64,000 nt of DNA from positions 1 to 64,000 of the IMG/VR virus record IMGVR_UViG_3300042294_003292. The stretch is one strand, 5' to 3'. The notes beneath the pieces are model-generated. The model was not told the DNA's origin. It saw only the letters and a program-made list of their open reading frames with translations, and made no database searches. Each line of letters starts with the position of its first letter. Within the stretch, counting starts at the first letter, position 1. The DNA comes from a virus. A program made the position numbers and the translations under genes. Of the stretch, positions 47,596 to 60,760 are shown piece after piece.

Positions 47596-48420
47596 CTATG
47601 GGAGCTTAATTACTTGACCAACAAGTATTAGATTTGGGTTTTTGATGCCATTAATCTTTACAAGGGCTTCCACAGTTGTTTTATACTTGCGAGCAATGCC
47701 AGTAAGAGTTTCTCCATGAACAACACTATGAGTTTTTGTTGACTTCTTTGCTGCTGGCTTGGTGGCAGGCTTCTTGGTTGCTGGCTGTACCGACGCCTTG
47801 GGGGCAGACTTTGGCTTGTCAGATAGAGAAGCTGGTGGGTCAACTTTTACAGATGCCCCAGGTGTTACTGGAGAGGATGCCTTGTTTGAACTAGTTGATG
47901 CAACATCTGCGTATGCTGCTGCACCATTTAAGGCAATAACTGCATTCATAAACTCAATAGGCTCAACAAAGCCCTTGCCGTTGTCTGTCCAACCATGGGA
48001 CTGGCCCTTCCAGATTTCCCAGTGCAAGTGTACTCCAGTACTCATGCCACTGGTCCCCATTACGCCCAGAACGTCTCCTGGCTTTACCTTATCTCCCTGC
48101 TTAACCTCAAAAGATCCTTTTTCTAGGTGAGCATATAGAGAGCTATAGAATTCTCCATTAATGTTGTGGGTAATCTTTACGTAGTAGCCGAACCCGCCTG
48201 GCTCCCCGTTATCTTTCTTAGTTTTTGATGGCCCAGCGTACGTAACAGTTCCAGCGTAGGGTGCGTAAATTCTGTTATCCTTTTTATTAGTATAGATAAT
48301 GTCTGTGCCGTTGTGATGCTTTTTAGTCTTATGAACTGGGTGTATTCTCCAGCCCATGTAGCTTGTCACTTTCCAGTCTTTGCCTGGCTTTCCAGAAAGC
48401 GGTAGTCTTGGTGTAGTCAT
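47596..48420 (-). CDS. Endolysin: M23 peptidase + LysM
   Basis: HNGTD, YAHL, GTSGMSTGVHLHWE; C-terminal VVHGETLTGIA...NPNLILVGQ. Confidence 0.9.
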   Translation of the reverse strand: MTTPRLPLSGKPGKDWKVTSYMGWRIHPVHKTKKHHNGTDIIYTNKKDNRIYAPYAGTVTYAGPSKTKKDNGEPGGFGYYVKITHNINGEFYSSLYAHLEKGSFEVKQGDKVKPGDVLGVMGTSGMSTGVHLHWEIWKGQSHGWTDNGKGFVEPIEFMNAVIALNGAAAYADVASTSSNKASSPVTPGASVKVDPPASLSDKPKSAPKASVQPATKKPATKPAAKKSTKTHSVVHGETLTGIARKYKTTVEALVKINGIKNPNLILVGQVIKLP

Positions 48421-48487
48421 AATATATCTCCTCAAAATAATTATATCATTAATAATAAAAATCCTGTCGAATGATATAATTGTAGAT

Positions 48488-49186
48488 ATGTCTCTTAACT
48501 TAGCGAACATACCCAGAATAGTGCCTGGAACATATGGCAGGGTAAAGATATCCTTCTCTCACACAGATAGATCGTACCGTTTGTATTATGATAATGTTCA
48601 GTGGATGGGGGTTTTTGCAGATTTCTCCGATGCCTTTGATAACCTATACTCTCAGTATGAAATTGCCCATGGCCGTGTTCTGATTACTGGGCTTGGCTTT
48701 GGTATCTTGCTCAAAGCCCTAGACGCAAAACAAGAAGTAGAATCAATTACTGTTATCGAAAAAGAGCAGGATATTATTGATGCTTTTTTAAAGAATAACA
48801 GGGTAAGCGACAAAGTTAAGATTATTAAAGATGACGCTACAACATATGCCCCAGAAGAAGAGTATGATTGTCTGCTGCCAGATCATTATGAAAAACAGAC
48901 CTGGGAGTGGAAGGTAAACGACATGAACGCTATTTCAAAAAGAATAAAGCACAAGCACTTCTGGCCATGGTCTATAGAGTTGTTGTTTTTTAAAAAGGTC
49001 TACCCTAAAAATGAACACACAAAAGACATTGCCCTAATGCTCTCAGAAAATCCGTCAGAAGTTTATAAAAAATGGCAAGACTTTATTAAGGATTATTTTG
49101 AGGGAAATGAGTATCTTTTAAGTATTGAGCAGGAAAAAATAGTTCAATATCTATACTTATACAAAAAGCACTATCCTTACAGATAG
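48488..49186 (+). CDS. Class I SAM-dependent methyltransferase / spermidine-synthase-like
   Basis: GRVLITGLGFG, ITVIE, DDA; leaderless ATG after TGATATAAT. Confidence 0.65.
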   Translation: MSLNLANIPRIVPGTYGRVKISFSHTDRSYRLYYDNVQWMGVFADFSDAFDNLYSQYEIAHGRVLITGLGFGILLKALDAKQEVESITVIEKEQDIIDAFLKNNRVSDKVKIIKDDATTYAPEEEYDCLLPDHYEKQTWEWKVNDMNAISKRIKHKHFWPWSIELLFFKKVYPKNEHTKDIALMLSENPSEVYKKWQDFIKDYFEGNEYLLSIEQEKIVQYLYLYKKHYPYR

Positions 49187-49189
49187 TGA

Positions 49190-49507
49190 TTACTGCTGCT
49201 CTTCGCCGTCTTCGATAGCAAGTTCTTCTGGAGCCTCTTCAACGACAGATGCTTCTGTTTGGCTACCATTGTTTTGACCAATCAGAATTCCTGCTAGTGT
49301 TCCAGTAATAAACGTTGCAATGCTTCCCAATACATTGAAGAACATCTTGTCGTTCTCAGACTGAGCTCCAATTGGCTGAGTCACAAAAATTAAAGCGTAC
49401 AAGATTCCTATTGCAGTCATTAACAGAATAGATCCAAGGATCAGTCCGAGACTAAACTTAAGTCTAGCCTCTAGTTCTGATGAAGTATATCTGCGACCTC
49501 TAGCCAT
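49190..49507 (-). CDS. Two-TM membrane protein
   Basis: Hydrophobic segments. Confidence 0.65.
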   Translation of the reverse strand: MARGRRYTSSELEARLKFSLGLILGSILLMTAIGILYALIFVTQPIGAQSENDKMFFNVLGSIATFITGTLAGILIGQNNGSQTEASVVEEAPEELAIEDGEEQQ

Positions 49508-49802
49508 TTACATTTTCCTCTACTGTTTCAGACTCTTCTTCTACGACTACCTCTTCGGAGCTAGTAGATTCGTCTACGGTTTGATCTTCTTCTATTGTAT
49601 CAGATTCTGGAGCAAATGGATCGTAGCCAAGAAGGTCTTTTAGGCATGTACCAGAGGCCTCACAAACTGGAGGCTTGCACTCTACTTTTTCCCAGTTTTC
49701 TGGATCCTGGCAGGGGTACCGATAATGACCGTCATAGCCGCATCCAGAGAGGGTAATTGTTAGAAATGCAGCAGAAATAAGTCCCAATACTTTCTTTTTC
49801 AT
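49500..49802 (-). CDS. Cys-rich lipoprotein
   Basis: LSGC lipobox; YRYPCQDP...CKPPVC...C. Confidence 0.7.
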   Translation of the reverse strand: MKKKVLGLISAAFLTITLSGCGYDGHYRYPCQDPENWEKVECKPPVCEASGTCLKDLLGYDPFAPESDTIEEDQTVDESTSSEEVVVEEESETVEENVNG

Positions 49803-50012
49803 ATCTATATTATATCTCTCTTTATTACTCGCTCTTGTTTCTGATTGGATAGGTCACAACCCAGATACCTAGGGTAATCAGGATAAGCATACCAGTTAGG
49901 TCTTTAGCGCTTCCCTCCAAAACCAGCCAGGCAACAACCATTCCAAGCAAAGTCCAAGACTGGTCTACTATGTCTTTAAAAAGACCCTGTAAGAACTTCT
50001 TCATTTTTCCTC

Positions 50013-50411
50013 CTACTTTTTACGTTTTGATTTTAGTAAATCAAAATCCTTAACCTTGGTTTCTCCAAGGTAGCTCCAGGCATATCCTTCATCAATCATT
50101 ATTTCATTGATTGATTTGTTTGATCCGTCTAGAAATACCCATCCCAAGACTCTTCCATATTTTTCTGAAGAGTCTGGCTTTTCTGTTTTAATAACAACAT
50201 CTTTTGCTGAAGAAATTGCCTTTTTTAAAAACTCTTTTGACTCAAGACCTAGGGCTTTTTCTTCTTTATCCTTTGTTCTTGACTCTGGAGTATCTATTCC
50301 AGCAAGTCTGACTCTTTGAGAATAAGAAATATTAAACCCAAGATCTATGTCTACATCGATTGTATCCCCATCGACTATGCCAGCAACCCTCTTTACTCTA
50401 TATTCATACAT
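50013..50411 (-). CDS. Thermonuclease (SNase) family nuclease
   Basis: DGDT, RLAGIDTPE, KYGRVLG. Confidence 0.9.
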   Translation of the reverse strand: MYEYRVKRVAGIVDGDTIDVDIDLGFNISYSQRVRLAGIDTPESRTKDKEEKALGLESKEFLKKAISSAKDVVIKTEKPDSSEKYGRVLGWVFLDGSNKSINEIMIDEGYAWSYLGETKVKDFDLLKSKRKK

Positions 50412-50412
50412 A

Positions 50413-52245
50413 TTATGATCCGTTCCTTATGTTTATTGTAGTTGCAATTCCACTTATAGAGATTGCAGACAGTGCTGCCTGGACTGCAACAATTGCTGTA
50501 ACCACTACCTTCTCCGAAGTTTCTCTAACTTGCGGACTCATGTCTGCTCCAGCATTACCCAAAAAGTTTACAAGCTCTACAGCCCCCTCAAGGGCATCTC
50601 CTAGGAGAGGCACAGCTGCAAGGGACTCGTCTAATACAATGTCATCTTGCTGAGCTGCAACCATTAAGGCTTCTAGGGCCTGCTCATATTCTTCAGAACC
50701 CTGCTCTGCTGTCTCAAAGACCGCTAGGGCTGCCTCAACTAGCGCTTCTGCTTGTTCAGCAGTCAGCTCTGTTGGCACGATCTCTTCCAAGTTTACCGAC
50801 ATAAGCTCTTCTGGCGAAATGTCTACTGGTAAATCTTCGGCAGATGTGATAGACTCTTCTTCAGAAGGAGATGGTTCAGGTGAAGGTTCAGGATCAACTG
50901 GCTCAGGAGATGGCTCAGGCAAAGGCCCTGGTTCAACAGGCTCTGGAGAGGGCTCTACAGGTTCTGTGGTTGGCTCTTCTGGTTGCACTGGTTCCACTGG
51001 CTCTGGTGTGGTCGTTTCTTCTGGCACTGGTTCCAGGGACGGTTCTGGCTCTGGGACTACTGGTATGGTTGGCGGTACGACAGGTTCAACGGGCGGTACG
51101 ACAGGAAGAACTGGGGTAGGTTCAGGCGTTGGCTCAGGAGTAGGAGCTGGAGTAACTGGAATATCCTCGTAAACTACAAGAAGAATAAGAACTTTTGGGG
51201 TTCCAGGTGCTGGATCGTTTCCAAATACAATATTTGATACCTCAACTGTTGCAGAGGTTGATCCGCCAATTAGGTCAAATAAAATTGATGAAACGTCTTG
51301 GCCACGAGTTCCGTCATCAGGGTCTCCGTAATATCCCGAAACGCTTGCAACTCTTTGTCCTTGTGGGGCAACTACTGAAAAGCTAGAGTTTTCCTGAACT
51401 ACTGTGGCACCTTCTGGAACAACTGGAGCACTTACAGATGGGGTAGGAGTTGGTGTTGGAGACTCTGTGGGCGTAGGAGTTGGTTCTGGGGATACTGTAG
51501 GGGATTCTGTGGGTGTTGGAGTTGGCTCTGGGGATACTGTAGGGGATTCTGTGGGTGTTGGAGTTGGCTCTGGAACAAAGGGCGATTCAGTAGTTGGCTC
51601 TGGTGCTAGCTCTGGAGTCTCTTCTGTTTCCTGAATTCCATATGTTTCAAAGTCTACAACAGTTCCATCGTTTAGACGCACACCAGTTCTTGGATTATTC
51701 TGTGGATATTCTGGGCCACTTAAAGTGTAAGCCATGGCTACCGTACCGTCTGAAAGAATGGCAGCTGTAATGACGATATTAGTTGGCTCTGGCGTATTTT
51801 GTAGCCAGATAGGTCTGGCAGAAATATCTACCTGGAACCCTCCATCAGAAGATCTAATGATTAAGTGCTCATCGCTTCTCCATTGTGGGTATACCACCCA
51901 GTCAAAAGAGTATAGTGAAATCGAAGGTGTGCTTGGGTAGGTCCAATAAGTACCGTCTGGCCTGCCAAAGGTGATTACTGAATTTGTTGTGGCATAGATG
52001 CTGTTATAGCTTACTCCATCAAATGTAACATTGACGGACAGTGGGACCTGATAAGAGACATCGTCTCCACCACAGGTGTTGATTTCTACAACCACTGGCT
52101 CAGATGAAGAGGCCTGTTGTGCAGCTGCTACAGCAGCTACCTGACCTGGGTTTACGCAATTTGCATTTGCAATATCGGATATGCCAAACACTGGAAAGAA
52201 TGCCAGGGTAAGGGCAGCGATAATTCTTCCTACTTTATTTTTAAT
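50413..52245 (-). CDS. Secreted/membrane-anchored Pro-Glu-Thr-rich surface protein
   Basis: [14 protein letters not shown] repeats, [11 protein letters not shown] lectin-like motif, C-terminal hydrophobic segment; frame stays open to an ATT at 52245 giving a full signal peptide. Confidence 0.65.
   Translation of the reverse strand: MKNKVGRIIAALTLAFFPVFGISDIANANCVNPGQVAAVAAAQQASSSEPVVVEINTCGGDDVSYQVPLSVNVTFDGVSYNSIYATTNSVITFGRPDGTYWTYPSTPSISLYSFDWVVYPQWRSDEHLIIRSSDGGFQVDISARPIWLQNTPEPTNIVITAAILSDGTVAMAYTLSGPEYPQNNPRTGVRLNDGTVVDFETYGIQETEETPELAPEPTTESPFVPEPTPTPTESPTVSPEPTPTPTESPTVSPEPTPTPTESPTPTPTPSVSAPVVPEGATVVQENSSFSVVAPQGQRVASVSGYYGDPDDGTRGQDVSSILFDLIGGSTSATVEVSNIVFGNDPAPGTPKVLILLVVYEDIPVTPAPTPEPTPEPTPVLPVVPPVEPVVPPTIPVVPEPEPSLEPVPEETTTPEPVEPVQPEEPTTEPVEPSPEPVEPGPLPEPSPEPVDPEPSPEPSPSEEESITSAEDLPVDISPEELMSVNLEEIVPTELTAEQAEALVEAALAVFETAEQGSEEYEQALEALMVAAQQDDIVLDESLAAVPLLGDALEGAVELVNFLGNAGADMSPQVRETSEKVVVTAIVAVQAALSAISISGIATTINIRNGS
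51481..51573. repeat. 42-bp tandem repeat ([14 protein letters not shown])
   Basis: Two near-identical copies plus partial ones. Confidence 0.85.
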
Positions 52246-52308
52246 CTTATATCACTCCAGATTAAATTAGTTAAAATACTTTCTTATCAATTATAAGACA
52301 TTTTTACA

Positions 52309-52881
52309 TTAACTAATAATCTGAGCGTTAAACTGTAGTCCGCCTCTGACTGAGTCCTGGGTCTCTATTCTGTGCCATAGGCCCTGTGGGAAAAACAAAA
52401 GGTCTCCAGGCTCTGGGTAAAACTCTTCTAGGTAAGATGCAGATTCCGAATCTTTAGAATTTGACAGAACCCACTTTGCTTTTCCCTCACACTGCAGGGC
52501 AAAGGCATGCCAAGAATCTACGTGAAAGTCAACAATGTGTGGGCCTATACATATCTTTGGCCCCACTAGCATTATGTTAATATTAGTTTTTTCTCTAATG
52601 CTATTTAACATTTCCTCTATTTTAGGAAAGTGAATTGATGCTTTTGTATTATCTAAGTGTGATGATAGATAAAGATTGTCTGATAAGAGAACATTTCCAT
52701 AAGCTTTTTCTTTAGAGCTTAAGTCTTTAGCATCGCTTTCCTGAGACTCCTGGTGCAAGCAGTTTAATAGATCACTCCAGGTTGGGGTATCGTTTTTGCT
52801 AAGAAAACCTTTAAACAGAAAACCTGTTTTGTCTAGTATTGCCTGATCTACCTTTTGCTTAAAGTCTTCATAATTTATCAT
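52309..52881 (-). CDS. JmjC/cupin-type oxygenase
   Basis: FHVD...QCEGKAKW...PGDLLFFPQGLWH. Confidence 0.8.
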   Translation of the reverse strand: MINYEDFKQKVDQAILDKTGFLFKGFLSKNDTPTWSDLLNCLHQESQESDAKDLSSKEKAYGNVLLSDNLYLSSHLDNTKASIHFPKIEEMLNSIREKTNINIMLVGPKICIGPHIVDFHVDSWHAFALQCEGKAKWVLSNSKDSESASYLEEFYPEPGDLLFFPQGLWHRIETQDSVRGGLQFNAQIIS

Positions 52882-52902
52882 AGAATCATTTTATCATAAT
52901 GA

Positions 52903-52978
52903 TGGCAGTCCGTACGGGACTTGAACCCGTGTTCTTCTGCGTGAAAGGCAGACGAGATAACCACTACTCCAACGGACC
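52903..52978 (-). tRNA. tRNA-Glu (TTC) with CCA
   Basis: GGTCCGT..TCTGC-CTTTCAC-GCAGA..GTTCAAGTC..ACGGACT-G-CCA. Confidence 0.92.
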
Positions 52979-52981
52979 CTG

Positions 52982-53053
<72 letters not shown>

Positions 53054-53057
53054 ATGA

Positions 53058-53084
53058 GGGCAGTTTTATATCTTGCCCAGGATA
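53058..53084 (-). ncRNA. H-type pseudoknot motif, copy 5
   Basis: TATC-CT-GGGCA-A-GATA-TAAAAC-TGCCC between katG stop and tRNA-Thr. Confidence 0.7.
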
Positions 53085-53089
53085 GTCTG

Positions 53090-55243
53090 TTAGAACAAGT
53101 CGGAATTCATCAGCTTTGTCCAAACTTTAGAAAAGTCTTTCTTTAGCTTTTCTAGTCCATCGCTTGAGGCGTATACTTCGCAGTAAGCCCTTAGTACAGA
53201 GTTTGAAGCAAATACCATATCTGATCTTGTAGCGGTCCACTTAAGGTCCCTTGTCTTACGGTCGAAGCCGTTGTATAGGCTATCCTCAGATGCCTTCCAC
53301 TCAGTATTCATATCTAGGACATTAATAAAGAAGTCGTTAGACAGAGTTCCTGGATTGTCTGTTAGGACGCCCCTACCGTTAGACGGGATTCCCAAAGATC
53401 GTAGTCCTCCATAAAGAGCTGTCATCTCTGGAGGAGTAAGACCTAGCAAGGTTGCCTTTTCAATTAATGACTTGTCTAATGAATCAGCAAACTCTTTATG
53501 AGACCAGTTAACGAATGCATCTGCAACTGGATATAGATAGTTGAATGACTCTATATCTGTCAGCTCCTGCGTGGCGTCTCCACGACCACCAGTAAATACA
53601 ACACGAGTATCAGAGGCCTTTTCTAGTGCATATGTTCCAGCTAAAACAATCAGGTCTGCCAATGACATCTGGTTTCCCATTTCATTACGAACCTCTTGAA
53701 CCGCATCTAGAGTTGCAAGAACAGAAGAGTTTACTGGCCATGATCGTTGAGGCAAGAATGCAATCCTTGCACCATTTGCACCGCCCCTCTTGTCAGTGTT
53801 TCTGTAAGTAGAGGCGGAGGCATAGGCAAGCCTAATTAAGTCCACATTGCTAACGTCTAGGCCATCGATAAGCTTTTTTGCTTTTTCAATGGCGGTCTCG
53901 TCTGGGACTGGTGCACTCTGCACAGGATCTTGCCACAGAAGAACTTCTGCTGGGACCTCTGAGCCGTGGTACCTGGATCTTGGTCCCATATCTCTGTGGG
54001 TTAGCTTAAACCATGCACGTGCAAATGCATCTGTAAAGTACTCAAAGTCTTCCAAGAACTTTCTACAAATCTTGTCATACTCCTCGTCACCAAACCTTAG
54101 CGCAAGGTCAGTAGTAAGCATTCTTGGAACAACCTTTACATCTTCAAGGTGTGCATGAGGAGCTGCATCTTGTGCCTCAAAGTTAGATGGAACCCACTGC
54201 TTAGCTCCTGCTGGAGATTCTTCTGGTACCCAATCATACTTATAGATTAGCCTTAGATAGTCGTTATCCCACTGAGTAGGATTTGGCGTCCAGGTAACCT
54301 CTAGACCAGAAGAGATGGTGTCTTCTGAGTGTCCCTTGCCCTGGGAGTTTTTCCAGCCTAATCCAACTGCAGCAAGATCGTCAACAGCTTCTGGCTCTGG
54401 TCCAACCTGCGAGGCAGGTCCCGCTCCATGAGTCTTTCCAAATGCGTGTCCTCCAGCAATAAGAGCTACAGTTTCTTCATCATTCATAGCCATTCGTCCG
54501 AATGTCTCACGAATATCTGCAGCAGCCAGCTTAAAGTCTGGATTGCCATCTGGTCCTTCTGGATTTACATAAATCAGCCCCATCTGCACTGCAGCAAGAG
54601 GATCCTCTAGTGTGCTTGCTTCTCTTGACTCGTCATACCGCTTGCTTGCTAGCCACTCAGTCTCGTCACCCCAATAGGTGTTGTCTGGCTCCCAGACATC
54701 TTCACGACCTCCTGCAAATCCAAAGGTAGGGAAGCCCATGTCTTCAAGAGCAACGTTCCCTGCTAGAATCATTAGATCAGCCCAGCTGAGTTTGCGACCG
54801 TACTTCTGCTTGACTGGCCACAAAAGTCTACGGGCCTTATCTAGGTTAATGTTGTCTGGCCAGGAGTTTAGTGGGGCAAAGCGATGTAGTCCCTGTCCGC
54901 CACCTCCACGGCCATCTGAAACACGATATGTTCCAGCAGAGTGCCAAGCCATTCTAATGAACAGTGGGCCATAGTGTCCGTAGTCTGCAGGCCACCACTC
55001 TTGCGATGTCCTCATGACTTGAACAATATCCTTCTTTACATCTGCCAAGTCTAGTGTCTTAAACTCTTCAACATAGTTAAAGTCATCATCCATAGGATTG
55101 CTCTTAGGATTATTGTGAAGCAGTGGCTCTAATGAAATTTGATTAGGCCACCAGTCTTTATTTGTTGTGCCTCTTGAACTTGAAGCTTTTGTTTTTGATC
55201 CATGCTGACCGTGGTCAACTGGACACTCATTAATATCTGCCAT
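53090..55243 (-). CDS. katG: Catalase-peroxidase
   Basis: [50 protein letters not shown]. Confidence 0.97.
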   Translation of the reverse strand: MADINECPVDHGQHGSKTKASSSRGTTNKDWWPNQISLEPLLHNNPKSNPMDDDFNYVEEFKTLDLADVKKDIVQVMRTSQEWWPADYGHYGPLFIRMAWHSAGTYRVSDGRGGGGQGLHRFAPLNSWPDNINLDKARRLLWPVKQKYGRKLSWADLMILAGNVALEDMGFPTFGFAGGREDVWEPDNTYWGDETEWLASKRYDESREASTLEDPLAAVQMGLIYVNPEGPDGNPDFKLAAADIRETFGRMAMNDEETVALIAGGHAFGKTHGAGPASQVGPEPEAVDDLAAVGLGWKNSQGKGHSEDTISSGLEVTWTPNPTQWDNDYLRLIYKYDWVPEESPAGAKQWVPSNFEAQDAAPHAHLEDVKVVPRMLTTDLALRFGDEEYDKICRKFLEDFEYFTDAFARAWFKLTHRDMGPRSRYHGSEVPAEVLLWQDPVQSAPVPDETAIEKAKKLIDGLDVSNVDLIRLAYASASTYRNTDKRGGANGARIAFLPQRSWPVNSSVLATLDAVQEVRNEMGNQMSLADLIVLAGTYALEKASDTRVVFTGGRGDATQELTDIESFNYLYPVADAFVNWSHKEFADSLDKSLIEKATLLGLTPPEMTALYGGLRSLGIPSNGRGVLTDNPGTLSNDFFINVLDMNTEWKASEDSLYNGFDRKTRDLKWTATRSDMVFASNSVLRAYCEVYASSDGLEKLKKDFSKVWTKLMNSDLF

Positions 55244-55258
55244 ATTATCTCTTTCTAA

Positions 55259-55456
55259 TTACTTAATCTTTACAAATCTGGCCCAGATACGCTCATGAAT
55301 GAAATATGCCAGAGCCTCCCAAGCAATGTAAACAAGTGCTCCTAGACTAGCATACTCCCACTTGCCTGTGATTATAAAGATTACTCCTGCTATGATAACC
55401 AGGTGCACGAACTCCCAGCTCAGTGTCTTGATTAAACTTCTCTTTGTGCTTTCCAT
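55259..55456 (-). CDS. DUF2061-like small membrane protein
   Basis: RSLIKTLSW...YFIHERIW. Confidence 0.75.
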   Translation of the reverse strand: MESTKRSLIKTLSWEFVHLVIIAGVIFIITGKWEYASLGALVYIAWEALAYFIHERIWARFVKIK

Positions 55457-55484
55457 GTTTCCTTCCTATTGGCTTTTCTGCCAG

Positions 55485-55558
55485 CGACTCCAACCAGACT
55501 TGAACTGGCGACCCCTACCGTGACAGGGTAGTGCTCTAACCAACTGAGCTATGGAGCC
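55485..55558 (-). tRNA. tRNA-Asp (GTC)
   Basis: GGCTCCA..CTACC-CTGTCAC-GGTAG..TGGAGTC-G. Confidence 0.92.
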
Positions 55559-55611
55559 TAATGCCCATTTTTATCTCATACCCGTGAGAGTGGTATGGGC
55601 CACACCATTAG

Positions 55612-55683
55612 CTCCCCCTCGTGGATTCGAACCACGAACCTTAGAGTTAACAGCTCTCTGCTCTGCCATTGAGCTAAGGGGGA
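55612..55683 (-). tRNA. tRNA-Asn (GTT)
   Basis: TCCCCCT..AGAG-CTGTTAA-CTCT..GTTCGAATC..AGGGGGA-G. Confidence 0.92.
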
Positions 55684-55688
55684 ATTTG

Positions 55689-55931
55689 CTATAAGCTAAA
55701 TCCACTATTCGTTGCTCTCCAGATTGATGGAGAGTGATTTTCTTCTACTGCAGCTTTTACCTCAGTGTCTTCATAAAGTCTGATGATATGAACACAAGGG
55801 TCTCCATCTTCAAACTCGGTATATTCTTGATCACTTAGAGGTAGACCATCATGTGTATAGCAAACAGCTGGTCCACAAAATCCATTTGTGATTCCTTCCT
55901 GAAGCCATTCTGAAAAGTCAATCTTGCTCAT
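55689..55931 (-). CDS. Hypothetical protein
   Basis: CGPAVCYTHDG...DPCVH. Confidence 0.65.
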   Translation of the reverse strand: MSKIDFSEWLQEGITNGFCGPAVCYTHDGLPLSDQEYTEFEDGDPCVHIIRLYEDTEVKAAVEENHSPSIWRATNSGFSL

Positions 55932-55946
55932 AGCTGTTCCTTTTGT

Positions 55947-56756
55947 TTACTTGTTGGTAGCAGCAGCAATTACTGTTGCCACAGAGGTTGTAAAGCCTAC
56001 CATGAAAGGGTTGCTGTCTGTTAGAGTTACGGCAAAAGAGTCGTGAAGACCTTGCAAAGCAGTTCTAGACGACTTTAGCTTTGCGCTAGAGTAAACTGGC
56101 CCAGACAAAAGGATGTCAGACAGCTTAGCGCTTCCTACATACTGACTAGATCCAACAGCAACTGCATCAGAGATACATGCTGGGTAGTCAACATTATTTC
56201 CGCTTGCATAGTTTCCAGAGGATGCATAGAACTTAACTCCAGCATTCTTTAAACCAGCAATGGCGTTTACAATGTTCGTGTGAGCAACGTTAACGTTTAC
56301 TCCTGGAGAAGATGGTAGGCACCTTGCACCATTTCCAGCATTATAAGAGAAAGATACAGCCTTGATGTTGTACTGTGCAGCATTTGCTACTACCCAGTTA
56401 AGGGCTGTCAGCAACTGGTTTCCAGTAATTACACCAGTCTTAGTTGACCCAGCCTCAAGAAGAAGCAGGTGTGCTGATGGATTGTTTGCCCTAGCGATAT
56501 CTGCCATAGCTGTTCCGTGGTTAAATGCTTTAAACTGTGAAGCATTTCTAGGAGTTACAGACATGTTACAAATTGTCTGAGAGGTTACGCAAACCTCTGT
56601 AACCTTTCCATCAATCAGATGAGACTCAAAGTTTACATCGATGATCGCTACGGATGGTTGGTTGTTTGCTTGTGCTGGCGCAACGCTAAATACAGCTAGC
56701 AGTGCAACGGCAGCAATTATAATTTTTTTCATTGTTTCATACCCTATCGTTTTCAT
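55947..56756 (-). CDS. Secreted subtilisin-like (S8) protein
   Basis: Signal peptide, VAIID, NHGT, ASSGN, YPAC; Ser motif divergent (GFTTSVAT). Confidence 0.7.
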   Translation of the reverse strand: MKTIGYETMKKIIIAAVALLAVFSVAPAQANNQPSVAIIDVNFESHLIDGKVTEVCVTSQTICNMSVTPRNASQFKAFNHGTAMADIARANNPSAHLLLLEAGSTKTGVITGNQLLTALNWVVANAAQYNIKAVSFSYNAGNGARCLPSSPGVNVNVAHTNIVNAIAGLKNAGVKFYASSGNYASGNNVDYPACISDAVAVGSSQYVGSAKLSDILLSGPVYSSAKLKSSRTALQGLHDSFAVTLTDSNPFMVGFTTSVATVIAAATNK

Positions 56757-56817
56757 AGTAATAATATACCAAATAACTGCAAAAAAAGCAAGAACTATTT
56801 ATTTAAAATAAAACAAA

Positions 56818-57198
56818 TTAAGACTGATCTAGGATCTTAAAGCCATTTTGTCTATCTAAATACTGCCACTGCATATCTACTATGCCAAAGGTTTCAGACA
56901 AGTAGTCTAGAACGTCTATGTGGCTTAAGTCTCCACAGGTATACAGGTCAAACTGAATAACCATAGGGTCAAGCTTTTCCCAAATATGAAAAGCAATATG
57001 AGATGTCTCTACTGATACCGTTGCAGTTATGCCCTCGTTTCCAGGCATATCTACATACTTTGAAATTGGCCCAGCTGCTATCTTCATGTCGATTCTATCG
57101 ACTAGCCGTCTTAGCCAATCTTTTGCATCTTCTTCTGTCCTAATTGGGTTTGTGATTTCTGCTCTTACCATTAGGTGCAGGTGTTTGATTTCTTTCAT
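56818..57198 (-). CDS. speD: S-adenosylmethionine decarboxylase proenzyme
   Basis: ETSHIAFHIW...FDLYTCG. Confidence 0.8.
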   Translation of the reverse strand: MKEIKHLHLMVRAEITNPIRTEEDAKDWLRRLVDRIDMKIAAGPISKYVDMPGNEGITATVSVETSHIAFHIWEKLDPMVIQFDLYTCGDLSHIDVLDYLSETFGIVDMQWQYLDRQNGFKILDQS

Positions 57199-57210
57199 GT
57201 ACTTCCTATC

Positions 57211-60278
<3,068 letters not shown>

Positions 60279-60286
<8 letters not shown>

Positions 60287-60680
60287 ATAGTATCTCCAAC
60301 CTCTTTTTTATTTTTTCAACGTCATATTCAGTCCCAAAGATTTCGACCTTTGCAACTATCGGTACGCCAGTTTTACTTGAAATCATTTCTGCAGCTTTGC
60401 AAAAATGTTCCCCAAAGTTTGTGTTTCCAGTTCCTATTACTCCACGTAGTAGGTCTCTGTTTTGTTCGATATTTAAAAAATGTCGAACCTGTCGTGGGAT
60501 TGCAGATTTATCACTGCCCCCACCATAAGTAGGTACAACAAGTATGTACTCGCTATGAACAACGGTAGGAGAGCCAGGGTCCCAATCAATAGGAATGCGG
60601 GTAGCAGCTCCACTTATTTTTTCTACCAATCTTTTAGTATTTCCAGAATAGTTAGAAAAATATACAATGTTGATGGACAT
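60279..60680 (-). CDS. nrdI: NrdI flavodoxin
   Basis: [24 protein letters not shown]. Confidence 0.95.
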
Positions 60681-60711
60681 CTATTCTAACTCCTGTTTTA
60701 AACTTGGTGAG

Positions 60712-60749
60712 GCAAAGGGGAGGGCATTTTAATACCTCTCCCCTTTACC
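60712..60749 (-). terminator. Hairpin between surface-protein gene and nrdI
   Basis: AAAGGGGAGGG / CCTCTCCCCTTT inverted repeat. Confidence 0.55.
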
Positions 60750-60760
60750 AATATCTTTAC

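Noticed and set aside
48380-48510. Apparent head-to-head overlap of endolysin and methyltransferase ORFs
   Set aside because: Better starts at 48420 (minus) and 48488 (plus) remove the overlap
50819-51940. Plus-strand Gly/Ser/Val-rich ORFs
   Set aside because: Antisense shadows of the Pro/Thr/Glu-rich gene
55563-55610. Theta/HDV-like ribozyme after tRNA-Asn
   Set aside because: P2- and P3-like pairings exist but there is no P1 partner strand or HDV core; kept only as a pseudoknot candidate
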